Assembly (NCBI GenBank): GCA_964615975.1
Contig: CAZTTH010000017.1
Location: 2,139 to 66,138 of the forward strand
DNA: 64,000 nt
Direction of reading: 5' to 3'
Source of the DNA: an uncultured Lentisphaerales bacterium
Lineage (GTDB): Bacteria; Verrucomicrobiota; Lentisphaeria; JABSQK01; JAJFLO01
Every line of letters begins with the position of its first letter. Position 1 is the stretch's first letter. Positions 27,151 through 37,669 of the stretch are shown in pieces. The position numbers and the translations under genes were made by a program. Below the pieces are notes generated by a model, which saw only the letters and a program-made list of their open reading frames with translations, did not search any database and had not been told where the DNA came from.

Positions 27151-29538
27151 TCATTCCTTATAGCCAGCCCAAAATTCCTTCTTCGACTTTCCCCGGGATT
27201 TCAACCATTTTACCTTGCCGGCAGCCTTCTTGCGTTTTTCCGCCAGGTCAATTAAATATTCCTGACTGCTCCGTTCAAGTTTATCTTTAAAGTGGGATTT
27301 CCGGATATAACTGCCGTCATACAGCATTTCCCAGGCGCTGTAACGATCATTGAATTGAATGTCCAGGATTTGTCGTAATTCTTTTTTAAGCGCCGGATCC
27401 TCGATTGGCGCTAAAACCTCGATCCTGAAATTGAGATTGCGGCGCATGAGATCGGCTGATCCGATGTAATATTCATCATTGCCGCCATTACGAAAATAAA
27501 ACACCCGCGCATGTTCCAAAAACCGGCCGATAATACTCGTAACTCTGAGATTATCCGACAAGCCGGGAACCCCAGGGCGAATCCTGCAGGTGCCGCGCAC
27601 AATCAAATCAATTTTTACCCCGGCTTGAGACGCCCGGTAAAGAGCTTCGGTAATATCCTGATCGTCGAGGGAATTAAACTTCATCTGTATTTGACCGGGT
27701 GATTCTGGTGAATGAAGCTTGATTTCACGCTCAATTTTGGCATGAATTTCTTTTTTCATATAGGCTGGAGCGACAATGAGTTTTTTATATTTTCGCTGCG
27801 CGGTCTGGCCAGTGGTCAGGAAGTTGAATAATTCAGTCAAATCGCGACCGATATCAGGATCACAGGTGAGCAATCCAAAATCAGTATACATGCGGGCAGT
27901 CCCGGCATGATAATTACCGGTGCCGAAATGGCAGTAGGTGCGTAATCCATCAAAATCTTTTCGCACAACCAAGATCGCCTTGACGTGGGTTTTAAGACCA
28001 ATCACGCCATAGGTTACATGGATTCCCATTTCCTCCAGTTTATTGGCCCAGAGAATATTTGCTTCTTCATCAAATCGTGCCTTCAATTCCACAACAACTG
28101 CCACCTGCTTTTGGTTTTGAATGGCCTGACTCAGATATGAAATGACCTTGGTGTCGCCTGAGGTGCGATAGAGAGTCATCTTAATCGCGCGAACCTTGGG
28201 ATCATCAGCAGCCTCCTTAAGGAATCGTTCAACCGAACTCGTAAACGATTCATAGGGATGATAGAGCAAAATCGACCCTTCTTCTCGCAGAGAATAAAAG
28301 ATATTGCTTTCACCTTTTAGTCGTGGCGGATCAATGGGATGAAAGGGACGATATTTTAATTCTGGACGATGTAAATTGGCAAATTCCATCAAATCACGCT
28401 TGCCAATCATGCCTTCGATTTCAAAGACATCATCGTTTTGGTTTAGTCCCAACTGATTGCTGAGCATGCCAAGATGCATCGGATTCATTCCCTTTAATAC
28501 CTGTAATCGAACCAGAGGCGCGAACTTGCGATCCTTTAATTCTGTTTCAATTAATTCGAGCAAATCATCCGCTTGTTCCTCGTCCTTTTCGGTATTGGCA
28601 TTGCGGGTGACTCGGAATAATTCACAAGAGACAATTTCTACGGATGGAAATAATAAATCGAGGTTATTTTCTATGATGTCTTCGATCATGACAAAACGAT
28701 TATTTTGTGCATCGACCGAAATGAATCGGTGTGTATCATTGCCGACTGGAACCTTGATGCGGGCTAACGATAGTTCATCCGCTGTGGCGATACGTATGGA
28801 TACCAAAAGATTTAGAGAGAGATTGGATATGAAGGGGAATGGATGCGCTGGACCAAGACCTTGCGGCGTGATTAACGGGAAAATATTCTTGATAAAATAG
28901 TCGCGCATCAGACTCTTATCATTGCGGTTAAGCTCCTGATATTTTAATAGTTGAATCCCTTCGCCTTGAAGCAATTTGATCAAGTGCGGAAATATGGTGG
29001 TCATGTCTTTTTCAAAATCACGAATCGCGATGTAACATTCATTCAATTGTTCGTGGGGAGTTCGGCCATCAATACTACGATCAAGTATTTTGGCTTCAGT
29101 CAATCCTTTCAAACCCCCAATTCTTTTCATAAAAAATTCATCGATATTATAAGCAGCTATCGCGATAAATTTCAGCCGTTCCAGCAGGGGATTTTTTTCG
29201 TTTTCAGCTTCATAGAGAACCCGCCGATTGAAGTTTAACCAGGTTAATTCACGATTAAGATAAAGATTCGCTTTGGATAACACCCATTTATGATCTTCTG
29301 TCATTTCCTGTTCCACCCGGTTATCAACCCCCATATCGATTCGAATCTGAGTGGTTGATTTATCCCGATCTACTTCAGTGTGAACTTTAGGAATTGAGGA
29401 CGAAGATGCGGAATTGTCGGTGGCGTTGAGATTTTTTGATACGCGATCAAGCCTGCCGTTTTCTCCACTCTTATCGATGGGCTCATTCATTAATGTGATG
29501 GCGCTAGTGTCATTAGATTTATTCATTATTATTTGCAT
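27151..29538 (-). CDS. ppk1: Polyphosphate kinase 1 with a ~85 aa low-complexity N-terminal extension
   Basis: 'LTWLNFNRRVLYEA' (PPK N-domain). 'YCHFGTGNYHAGTARMYTDFGLLTCD' and 'RFLEHARVFYF' are PLD-like C-domains of PPK1. Confidence 0.85.
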   Translation of the reverse strand: MQIIMNKSNDTSAITLMNEPIDKSGENGRLDRVSKNLNATDNSASSSSIPKVHTEVDRDKSTTQIRIDMGVDNRVEQEMTEDHKWVLSKANLYLNRELTWLNFNRRVLYEAENEKNPLLERLKFIAIAAYNIDEFFMKRIGGLKGLTEAKILDRSIDGRTPHEQLNECYIAIRDFEKDMTTIFPHLIKLLQGEGIQLLKYQELNRNDKSLMRDYFIKNIFPLITPQGLGPAHPFPFISNLSLNLLVSIRIATADELSLARIKVPVGNDTHRFISVDAQNNRFVMIEDIIENNLDLLFPSVEIVSCELFRVTRNANTEKDEEQADDLLELIETELKDRKFAPLVRLQVLKGMNPMHLGMLSNQLGLNQNDDVFEIEGMIGKRDLMEFANLHRPELKYRPFHPIDPPRLKGESNIFYSLREEGSILLYHPYESFTSSVERFLKEAADDPKVRAIKMTLYRTSGDTKVISYLSQAIQNQKQVAVVVELKARFDEEANILWANKLEEMGIHVTYGVIGLKTHVKAILVVRKDFDGLRTYCHFGTGNYHAGTARMYTDFGLLTCDPDIGRDLTELFNFLTTGQTAQRKYKKLIVAPAYMKKEIHAKIEREIKLHSPESPGQIQMKFNSLDDQDITEALYRASQAGVKIDLIVRGTCRIRPGVPGLSDNLRVTSIIGRFLEHARVFYFRNGGNDEYYIGSADLMRRNLNFRIEVLAPIEDPALKKELRQILDIQFNDRYSAWEMLYDGSYIRKSHFKDKLERSSQEYLIDLAEKRKKAAGKVKWLKSRGKSKKEFWAGYKE

Positions 29539-29905
29539 TATTTTTCGTGAAATTTCTAGTGAATTGATCCAGTCAGTTCACTGAATTATTAAAATGATTG
29601 ATTTTATAATTAGGATTGGAATAGTTAAAAGGAATATTTTTCGCTATTACTAATACATGGTTTGAATTTTTCATTAAACCAAACCCTCTAACGAATCATC
29701 ATTATGATATTCGTTTACTTAGGAGTATTTTCCAATATTGGATGATTTATTATTGTTATAGCAAGCGCGATACCAAAATCCAAATTTGCCATATGAAAGA
29801 ACTATTTCAGTTTTAATATTTTGTTGCCATTAGGTTCATGAATCGTAACCATGATAAGTTAACGCACATCGTAACAATATAGAATGAAGAGGATTAAGTA
29901 TTAAA

Positions 29906-31852
29906 ATGAAACATCGCGAACTTCACCCCATGATTCGTTCAAGATACCTCGTAACTGGAATTTCGTTATTTATTATTTTTAGTATTTCGCTTGGTATGAC
30001 CTTTGTTTCTGTCGCTCAAGCCCCCGACACGGCTTGGATTACGCAAATGGAGAAAATCATCGCGGATAATGACCGGCAAATTCAACAGTTAAATCTGTTG
30101 TTAGATAAATTGCAGAAAGATTATGAAATAGCCCAAATTAATACCCAGCAGGCTTTGCAGCAAGCTTTGCAGAATGATGCTGATGGAGCCACCTTGAAGC
30201 GTTATTTGCATGCGGATAGAGAAAAAAAGAAATCCAGTGAAAAAATATTGCAGATAAAAGATGAATTAACGAATAATATTCGGAGGAATCTTGAGTTTAA
30301 ACAAATTTTCAGCGATGGCATTGCCGCAATTCAGGAATTAAAAGAAGAACAGGAATTACGCTCAAAGGAGTTGGACGCCAAGATAAATGCATTCATTGAG
30401 CGCGAAAAAATCAAAGAAGAAAAAAGGAATTATGCCGATCGCCAAAAAATAGCCACACTACAATCCCAGGTCAGCTCGCAAATGAATAGAATCATAGCTG
30501 CGTCTGACAAAATTGCAAAAGTCAACAAGGAAGATCGGGAATCAGATGTAATTAATTTAGATCAGGTAATTCCACGTAAACCGCTCCAGAAAGAAGGAGA
30601 TAAAATATCTTCAGACGAGTTAATTCCTCCCCAAGAATCATCGTCAACTTCACTGACCGCTATCGGTGTAAGCGAAACTGGTTCTACCCAACAAACGAGT
30701 GAAGAACAAGATGGAATAAAATCGCGTAAATTTTTTGGCGTTGGGATTTTTAATAACATTTTTCGTATGCTGTTTCCCAAACGCAAATCCGATACCCCGG
30801 AAAGCAATACCGCAGGGATAACCGCTTCCCCCAAAGAAATAAAAAATGTAACGATTGATAAGCATCCTACACCATCGGAATCGGATCGTATTAGTTCGGA
30901 GCCTGATCCTACCCCGGTTCATGTATCACTGAAGCCCAATGACGCTCATGGCATTGATGAAAGTGATATCGACAGCTCCCATTCTGTTCCAGCTTCAGTT
31001 CCAGTATCAACGGATGTTTCAACTCCACCGGAATCCCTATCCAATATAAACTTGAATTTGCAACACCGTAAGGCTGATGAGTCCTTACACATTGAATCGG
31101 GAAAACTCACCCAGAGTGAATCTGAGGGTGTTTCCCCTGCGAAATTCATTTCTCAACCGGAACCTAAAACAGTGCCGGTTGAGACCGCTTTGGTAAAACC
31201 AACCACACTGTCAGAAATCTTTAATATTACTCCGAAAGCAATTGAAATGCCCAAAGAAAAAGCCCTTAAAACCCCAGCTCCAGGATCTTCAACCGCAATC
31301 GAAGGCTTGTTAATCGATGATTTTGAATCGCGATCCGGGATTAATAAGTTAGGGAATCGAACCAATACCTTTGAAAGATCTCCCTCATTAATACTTTATT
31401 ATTATCCGATGGATGTGGTAGAAGACCAAGAAACCGATGTGTTGAAATTAACCTATGATAAACAGAATAGTGGCGGCCCCAACAATCGAGGGGGTTGGTG
31501 TGGATATTATACCATGCTGAAGAATGAAACCACCGGGGAATATCTGGATGGCACAAAGTATCAATATTTAACATTTTGGACGCGAGGTGAAAGCGGAACC
31601 GAGAATTTTGTCATCGGACTAGCGGATAAACGCTGGGAAAGTTTGGATGATTCCTTCAAATCAGGAAAAATCACATCATATACAGATGACACCAGCTTGG
31701 GCACCAAATGGAAAAAAATAAAAATCCCGCTAAGCGTATTTTCCGTCAATTTTTCCAATTTAGCCGTGCTTGCAATCAGCTTCGAATCAGTCTGTTTCAT
31801 TGAGGGTGGCGGCCGTGGCAGTGTCTTTATCGATCACCTTAAATTTGAATGA
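29906..31852 (+). CDS. Secreted protein with an N-terminal coiled-coil, a central Ser/Thr/Pro/Glu-rich linker and a C-terminal globular domain of unknown function
   Basis: Signal/TM 'ISLFIIFSISLGMTFVSVAQA'. The heptad-like Q/E/K-rich N-terminal third. An S/T/P-rich region ('PASVPVSTDVSTPPESLS'). The C-terminal ~230 aa is beta-rich ('GGWCGYYTM...FVIGLADKRWESLDD'). Confidence 0.5.
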   Translation: MKHRELHPMIRSRYLVTGISLFIIFSISLGMTFVSVAQAPDTAWITQMEKIIADNDRQIQQLNLLLDKLQKDYEIAQINTQQALQQALQNDADGATLKRYLHADREKKKSSEKILQIKDELTNNIRRNLEFKQIFSDGIAAIQELKEEQELRSKELDAKINAFIEREKIKEEKRNYADRQKIATLQSQVSSQMNRIIAASDKIAKVNKEDRESDVINLDQVIPRKPLQKEGDKISSDELIPPQESSSTSLTAIGVSETGSTQQTSEEQDGIKSRKFFGVGIFNNIFRMLFPKRKSDTPESNTAGITASPKEIKNVTIDKHPTPSESDRISSEPDPTPVHVSLKPNDAHGIDESDIDSSHSVPASVPVSTDVSTPPESLSNINLNLQHRKADESLHIESGKLTQSESEGVSPAKFISQPEPKTVPVETALVKPTTLSEIFNITPKAIEMPKEKALKTPAPGSSTAIEGLLIDDFESRSGINKLGNRTNTFERSPSLILYYYPMDVVEDQETDVLKLTYDKQNSGGPNNRGGWCGYYTMLKNETTGEYLDGTKYQYLTFWTRGESGTENFVIGLADKRWESLDDSFKSGKITSYTDDTSLGTKWKKIKIPLSVFSVNFSNLAVLAISFESVCFIEGGGRGSVFIDHLKFE

Positions 31853-34800
31853 GATTTGTTAAAATTTGCGAATGGAGTCGCAAATCGTTTTCCGTTTTCA
31901 CTGCACAGCCATCGGGCCCAATGAATCTGTAAGTCGCTCCCCTGCTTTTTTTCAATTTTAGCGATGATATCCGAACGTTTACCTTGATTCATTCTTTCCA
32001 GGGTGCTTTGTTCAGTTATCCTCAAACCCGCAAAAACTTCGGCAAAATCACATAACCAGGCAGAATCCGTATCAACTCCCAAACCCATGTCCCAGATTTT
32101 AACCCGATGATCATTTGAACAGGTCAATACTTGCGTCCCATCGTGATTAAAAAAGATCTCTGTTATTTGATCATTATGACGAAGTGGCAGGGTTAATGGT
32201 TGACCAGTGCGTATATCCCAAAGTTGTACCATCCCCGTATGGGTGCCCGTGGCGATGGCTTCCCCTGTTGGATTGAAGGTAATGACATCAACGATATCGT
32301 CGAGCTGCAATGGATTGCCAATGATCGTGCCCTGATCCGTTTGCCAGATTTTCACCTTGTGATCGGTCGATGCTGTAGCGATCAAATTACCTGCCGCTGA
32401 AAACACGGCTGCCGATAAGGGTTCATCATGTTCCAGAGAACGTGGCGATATTGGATCTGAAGTTAGCGGCCATAGACGCGCATGATTATCACCACAACCG
32501 GTGACTAAATGTTTACCATCCGGACTGAATGACATGAATTTTATCGCTAAGGGATGAATCAGCGGAGAATACTTCATTGTTTGATTGTTCAAATCCCATA
32601 TTTTTACGGATTTATCCCATGATCCGGTAGCCAAATATTGGCTGTCGCCACTAAAAGCAATTGCGGTAATTTGATCTTCATGATTGATGATGATGGGGGA
32701 TTCACGACGGGATTTCATCTTCCATAATTTAACCGTGTGTTGATTGCCACTAGTAGCCAACCATTCACCATTCGGACTGACGGCGGCAATTCTCATACCG
32801 GGATGATGAATAAAATTCTGAGTAGCAGGGGCTCCAGTTTTGGCATCAATTAGTTCAAGATCATTGCCATCAGCACTGAGAACAGCGAGGATGAATTTAT
32901 TGTTTTGCTTGAGAATTGTTAATGGCTTGTAGGGATGATTTATGGTTGGTTTCAAACCCAAGTGCAAGGGGATTTCCCAAATGGTCGTAATTCCACTTGC
33001 CAATCCGGTAATCAATTGATCGTCATGGCTGCCAAAAGCCAAATAGTTGATCGTCTGGGATTGTGACAACTGCGCCACCTGTGAGGCGTAGTTTGGTAAT
33101 TCCCAGATCAATACATCACCATGGTTGCTGCATGCAGCAAGGCGGTTCCCATCAGCGTGTAATGATAATAAGTTTACGCTCTCCCATGGAGTGATGATAT
33201 TATGCTCCAAGGTGCCATGAGGAAGCGTAAATGAGCTGATATTGCGGTCATAAGCGATGATCAATTTTGTTTCATCTGAACTGATAACCGCAGAACTGAT
33301 ATTCCCTTGATAATTAGGGTGGGTAAAAAGCAATTTTCCATGCGGTATATCCCATAAATAAACTGACCTCATTTCTGTAAATGTATAGAGTAAATTTGCT
33401 TGTGGACTCAGGACAACAAATTGTATCGCACTGTCATGGAGAAATGCATCGGCGATAGGTAACCTTTTTTTCAAATCCCATACCGCCACTGTGTTTTGGG
33501 AAGCAACAGCAATTTTTGTCCCACTGGAATCAAATGAAATTGCATCGACGAAACTCTTGAAACTCACAGGAGCCATCAAGATATTACCGCTTTCAATATC
33601 CCACAAATGCGCTTCGTTGTACAAGTTCACAGTCACTGCCTGGCTTAAGTCATCGATTAAACGTCCGCGATAAATTCTCGCATCCATGACGAGATACTTC
33701 TCTTCTATCACCCGGGATAGACTCGGATCAAACCATAATATTTTCCCGTCTTGATTAAAAATAACACATTGGGTGGAAGTATCTCGCATCTGACTATCAA
33801 GAATATAACCGGCGTAAAATTCATTCATCAATTTGGGAAATCCGTGCCATGTCAGAGTGGAAAACAACAGGTATAATACTGATTGATTATTAGGGTTATT
33901 GCGGAGCGAACGACTGAGATAAGCGACTGCCTCCGCTTTTTTTCCCTTTTTCAGCAATTGTTCTGCCAGTATAAAATCATTCAAACTCAAGGTATCCTTG
34001 ACCTTGTCCAATGCCTGGGTCGCCAAAGCTTCCGCATTCTGAGCTCTTGCCAACGCATCTTGAGTAATTATTTGTGCTTGTCGTGTTTCCTGTTGCGCCT
34101 TGATCTGCTTATCCAGGGCAATTTGCACCTGCTGTTTCGCCTCCATGGCTTTTTCCTTTTCATTGATGGCATTGGTTATGCCAATGAAAAGTGCTGCGGA
34201 GAGAAGTGATAGGATAATCAGGATAATCACGATGATTTTACCAGCGGTTTTTCGGCGGCGCATTGCTTGTTGCGAACGAAATTCTGATTCCATTCGTTGG
34301 CGTCGCACGGTAATTTGACGAAGATTCTTCGCTAATTCTATGGCGCTGGAGAATCGTTGGCTATCTTCACTTGAAAAACAGCCTTTCAAATCTTCCTGTA
34401 ATAACGGGTCCGGAACTAATTTATGCCAATCCGTGGTTAATGGTTTTGTCATATCCCCGATAATCAACTGATATAAGACTATTCCCAAAGAGTAGAGATC
34501 GGAGCTGATGGATGCCCGTTCTCCAGCTAACAGTGCTGGCGACATGTACATTGGTGTTCCAGTTAATGAGCCTTGTCCTTCGGAAACAATCCCATGGGAT
34601 AAGCCAAGAGAGGTTAAATCATGAATGATCTCTTTTGAAAGAACCTGACCGATGCCAAAATCAGTTAATTTTATCTTGATATTGGTTCGATCAATAGGAT
34701 CATCCTGAATCAGGATATTAGAAGGTTTAATATCGCGATGAATGATACCGGCGTTATGCGCGGCTTGTAAAGCTTCTGCCACCTGGGCGATAATTTCCAA

Positions 34801-35841
34801 GCGAATTTCCAAAGGCACGAATTTTCCTTCTCCTTCAAACCAATGTTTTAAATCCTTATTGGGGATATAATCCATGATGATGTAATAGGGAGGATTCTCA
34901 AAATTTACTTCATGGAGGGGGACGATATAGGGATGATCGCCAAAAGATTCCTTTAGGATTCGAAATAAAACCGCTTCTCTTTTTAGTGAACGGACGCGAT
35001 CAGTTAAAAAGCAAAATTTAAAGGCTTTATGTTCCTTTAGAGTTTTATGTTGTGCCAGCCAGACTTCACCAAATCCTCCTTCGCCAATTTTTTTCCCCAA
35101 CACCCACTGAGTCTTGGGTACGACCAAGCCAATTGCAGGACGCCAACCTAAAACCGGCTCTATATGCTGAAATTGAGGGCGGTGTATGACTTCGGTAAGA
35201 TCAGGGCTGGTTAACGGCGCGAACCCCACTTCCCCCACTTCACAAATTATCTGACGATCTTCGATTCCCTTGAAATTAAAAGGGCCATAATTCATCCAGG
35301 CAATTTCCGAGATGCCTTCGATATCTTGCCCTTTGAGTGCCTGGCGGGCATTGTCGAACACAATCTGGGTCATGAGAATTTGCCCGGCTCCTGCCAATGA
35401 CATGATCTGAGAACACAGGTCGACTGAAATTCCATGAATTGATTGCAGATGATTATCATGTTCGTGCCGCTCAAAAATGACCTCCCCCATGTGAATTCCA
35501 ATCCGATCAACAATTGAGAGCGGCACTGCCAATGACATAGATTTTAAACGCCGTTGCAATATCAGCGCAAAGCGCACAGCGTCTGAGGCTGAGATGAAAA
35601 TAATCAGGAAGGATTCTCCGAGCGTACCTATTTCCTGGGCATTCTCGAAGGTTGTCAACAAGGTTCGCACCACTTGATGATGATTCTTGATTAAACCAAA
35701 TCCTGATTGATCTCCCAGTTTAGATTTTATTTGGGTTGATCCGGCTAGATCGGCAAACAAAATGGTCACTAATTGAGTGGAAAGCTTTTCTTGAAAAGTA
35801 TCAATTCGCTTTTGATTTTCCGAACCAATGGGATAATACAT
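31834..35841 (-). CDS. Multidomain signalling protein: class III adenylyl/guanylyl cyclase + Ser/Thr protein kinase + TM/coiled-coil + WD40 beta-propeller
   Basis: Cyclase 'ILFADLAGSTQIKSKLGD'. Kinase 'IGEGGFGEVWLA...AFK', 'IIHRDIKPSNILI' and 'LTDFGIG'. TM 'IIVIILIILSLLSAALFIGI'. Many WD repeats ('VKLWKM', 'VKIWDL', 'ARLWPL', 'VKIWQT', 'VQLWDI', 'VKIWDM'). Its 3' end overlaps the convergent gene at 31834-31852. Confidence 0.7.
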   Translation of the reverse strand: MYYPIGSENQKRIDTFQEKLSTQLVTILFADLAGSTQIKSKLGDQSGFGLIKNHHQVVRTLLTTFENAQEIGTLGESFLIIFISASDAVRFALILQRRLKSMSLAVPLSIVDRIGIHMGEVIFERHEHDNHLQSIHGISVDLCSQIMSLAGAGQILMTQIVFDNARQALKGQDIEGISEIAWMNYGPFNFKGIEDRQIICEVGEVGFAPLTSPDLTEVIHRPQFQHIEPVLGWRPAIGLVVPKTQWVLGKKIGEGGFGEVWLAQHKTLKEHKAFKFCFLTDRVRSLKREAVLFRILKESFGDHPYIVPLHEVNFENPPYYIIMDYIPNKDLKHWFEGEGKFVPLEIRLEIIAQVAEALQAAHNAGIIHRDIKPSNILIQDDPIDRTNIKIKLTDFGIGQVLSKEIIHDLTSLGLSHGIVSEGQGSLTGTPMYMSPALLAGERASISSDLYSLGIVLYQLIIGDMTKPLTTDWHKLVPDPLLQEDLKGCFSSEDSQRFSSAIELAKNLRQITVRRQRMESEFRSQQAMRRRKTAGKIIVIILIILSLLSAALFIGITNAINEKEKAMEAKQQVQIALDKQIKAQQETRQAQIITQDALARAQNAEALATQALDKVKDTLSLNDFILAEQLLKKGKKAEAVAYLSRSLRNNPNNQSVLYLLFSTLTWHGFPKLMNEFYAGYILDSQMRDTSTQCVIFNQDGKILWFDPSLSRVIEEKYLVMDARIYRGRLIDDLSQAVTVNLYNEAHLWDIESGNILMAPVSFKSFVDAISFDSSGTKIAVASQNTVAVWDLKKRLPIADAFLHDSAIQFVVLSPQANLLYTFTEMRSVYLWDIPHGKLLFTHPNYQGNISSAVISSDETKLIIAYDRNISSFTLPHGTLEHNIITPWESVNLLSLHADGNRLAACSNHGDVLIWELPNYASQVAQLSQSQTINYLAFGSHDDQLITGLASGITTIWEIPLHLGLKPTINHPYKPLTILKQNNKFILAVLSADGNDLELIDAKTGAPATQNFIHHPGMRIAAVSPNGEWLATSGNQHTVKLWKMKSRRESPIIINHEDQITAIAFSGDSQYLATGSWDKSVKIWDLNNQTMKYSPLIHPLAIKFMSFSPDGKHLVTGCGDNHARLWPLTSDPISPRSLEHDEPLSAAVFSAAGNLIATASTDHKVKIWQTDQGTIIGNPLQLDDIVDVITFNPTGEAIATGTHTGMVQLWDIRTGQPLTLPLRHNDQITEIFFNHDGTQVLTCSNDHRVKIWDMGLGVDTDSAWLCDFAEVFAGLRITEQSTLERMNQGKRSDIIAKIEKKQGSDLQIHWARWLCSENGKRFATPFANFNKSHSNLR

Positions 35842-36136
35842 GAGCGGTTCTTATCGGCTATTTTGGGAGATCATTATATGACAAAATCGAGCCCAGGTAA
35901 CGAACGGGACCTGATTAAAATCCTTCATTTTTCCATGTGTAACTCTAATAGTTTATGAATTAAATGTATAATTACCAATCGGCGGGATATGATCGATAAT
36001 GGTGATGAGGGGGGATAAAACGATGTGATCGCGATGTGTCATGGTCAGAAGCAGATCAAACTCAGCCAAGAAATTCATCATGAAAGAGTTGAATAGAGAT
36101 CTTCATATCGATCGGTTCACTCCGAATTGATTCTCG

Positions 36137-37534
36137 CTAGAGTTTAAATTCCTGACGGTATGCTGGAACTTGAACCGGCAGGCCCATTCGCTGTTGGATA
36201 TGATCGGCTAAACTTAGTGCTGCTTTTTCTTCGCCATGCACTAAAAATATTTGTTTGGGTGGAGATTTAAGGTTTCCCAACCAGTGAATCAACTCTCCCC
36301 GATCCGCATGTGCGGATAGGCGTTGTATTTGTTTAATCTCAGCGCGAACTTCATATTGCTGACCGAGGATTCGGACATGCGGCTGGCGATCAAGAATTTG
36401 ACGCCCCAGTGTATGTTGCGCTTGAAAACCAACGAATAAGATGGTGGATTCTGGACGAGTTATATTATTTGCCAAATGATGTTTTACCCGCCCACCGGTG
36501 CACATTCCTGAACCGGCAATTATGATGCACCCGCCGCGAATGCGATTTATTGCCTTGGATTCAGCAATCGAACGCACCATGGTCAGTCCGGGATAGTTTA
36601 GGGGATCGGAACCTCGGTCGATTAACTGATTGGTTTCTTCATCTAAAAAGCGGGAAAACATGCGGAATATATCGGTCACCTTGGTAGCCATCGGGCTGTC
36701 GACAAAAATAAAAGTATTGGGGATTTCATTGCGGCTCAGCAAGGCATGTAAATGATAGAGAATTTCCTGTGTTTTCTCAATCGCGAAAGCGGGAATGACA
36801 ATATTTCCTCCGCGATCGAGAGTTGCATTGACGATTTCACGAAGGTCATCTTGAATGGAATGACTGGCATCATGATTGCGATCACCATAAGTGGATTCCA
36901 TGATGATATAATCGGCATAATCAATTGTGGTTGGATTGCGCATCAATGGTCGATCCCATTGCCCGATATCTCCTGAAAAAATGAATTTAACCTGATCGTT
37001 TTTCTGCTCCACATTAATCTCAACCATTGCTGAACCCAGTATATGGCCAGCGTCGTGAAAACATAGGGATGTCTGTTCATTTAATCTAAATTTTTGGTTG
37101 TATTCAATGGGTTTCAGTCGCTCAAGGACGGGGTTGACATCTTCAATGGTATATAGTGGTCGGTAGGGATGTGGACTGACCCGATGAGCGCGACGATGCC
37201 GCTGTTGTTTGAATGCCAGATCTTCTGTTTGTAGCTTGGCGGCATCCATGAGAACAATGGGGAGAAGGGAGGCGGTGGGGTGGGTGCAGATAATGGAACC
37301 GGAAAACCCCTGAACCCCCAAACGCGGAATAAGACCGGTATGGTCGAGATGAGCGTGGGTGAGGATAAGATAATCCACCTCGCCGGGTTCACATCCAAAC
37401 GGCAACCAATTGCGTTCCTGATACAGCCGTTCTTGGAAGAGTCCACAATCGATGAGAATATTCAAACCAGAGATCTGGAGATGAAATTGTGATCCTGTTA
37501 CCTGTTGGGTGGCACCGTGAAAGGTTAATTTCAT
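36137..37534 (-). CDS. MBL-fold beta-CASP family hydrolase (probable RNA-metabolising nuclease)
   Basis: 'YLILTHAHLDHTG' (HxHxDH). The 465 aa length and the C-terminal region are typical of bacterial beta-CASP proteins. Confidence 0.7.
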   Translation of the reverse strand: MKLTFHGATQQVTGSQFHLQISGLNILIDCGLFQERLYQERNWLPFGCEPGEVDYLILTHAHLDHTGLIPRLGVQGFSGSIICTHPTASLLPIVLMDAAKLQTEDLAFKQQRHRRAHRVSPHPYRPLYTIEDVNPVLERLKPIEYNQKFRLNEQTSLCFHDAGHILGSAMVEINVEQKNDQVKFIFSGDIGQWDRPLMRNPTTIDYADYIIMESTYGDRNHDASHSIQDDLREIVNATLDRGGNIVIPAFAIEKTQEILYHLHALLSRNEIPNTFIFVDSPMATKVTDIFRMFSRFLDEETNQLIDRGSDPLNYPGLTMVRSIAESKAINRIRGGCIIIAGSGMCTGGRVKHHLANNITRPESTILFVGFQAQHTLGRQILDRQPHVRILGQQYEVRAEIKQIQRLSAHADRGELIHWLGNLKSPPKQIFLVHGEEKAALSLADHIQQRMGLPVQVPAYRQEFKL

Positions 37535-37669
37535 TTCAGAATTCCTTTTCTATGGCTATGATGATTGGTGATGATAGAGGTGTAATCTCCCGGAACACGG
37601 ACAGGAATACATGTGCCCGTTATAGGATCACAAGATATTACAGGGATCGGGAAATCGGCATTCCAACCT

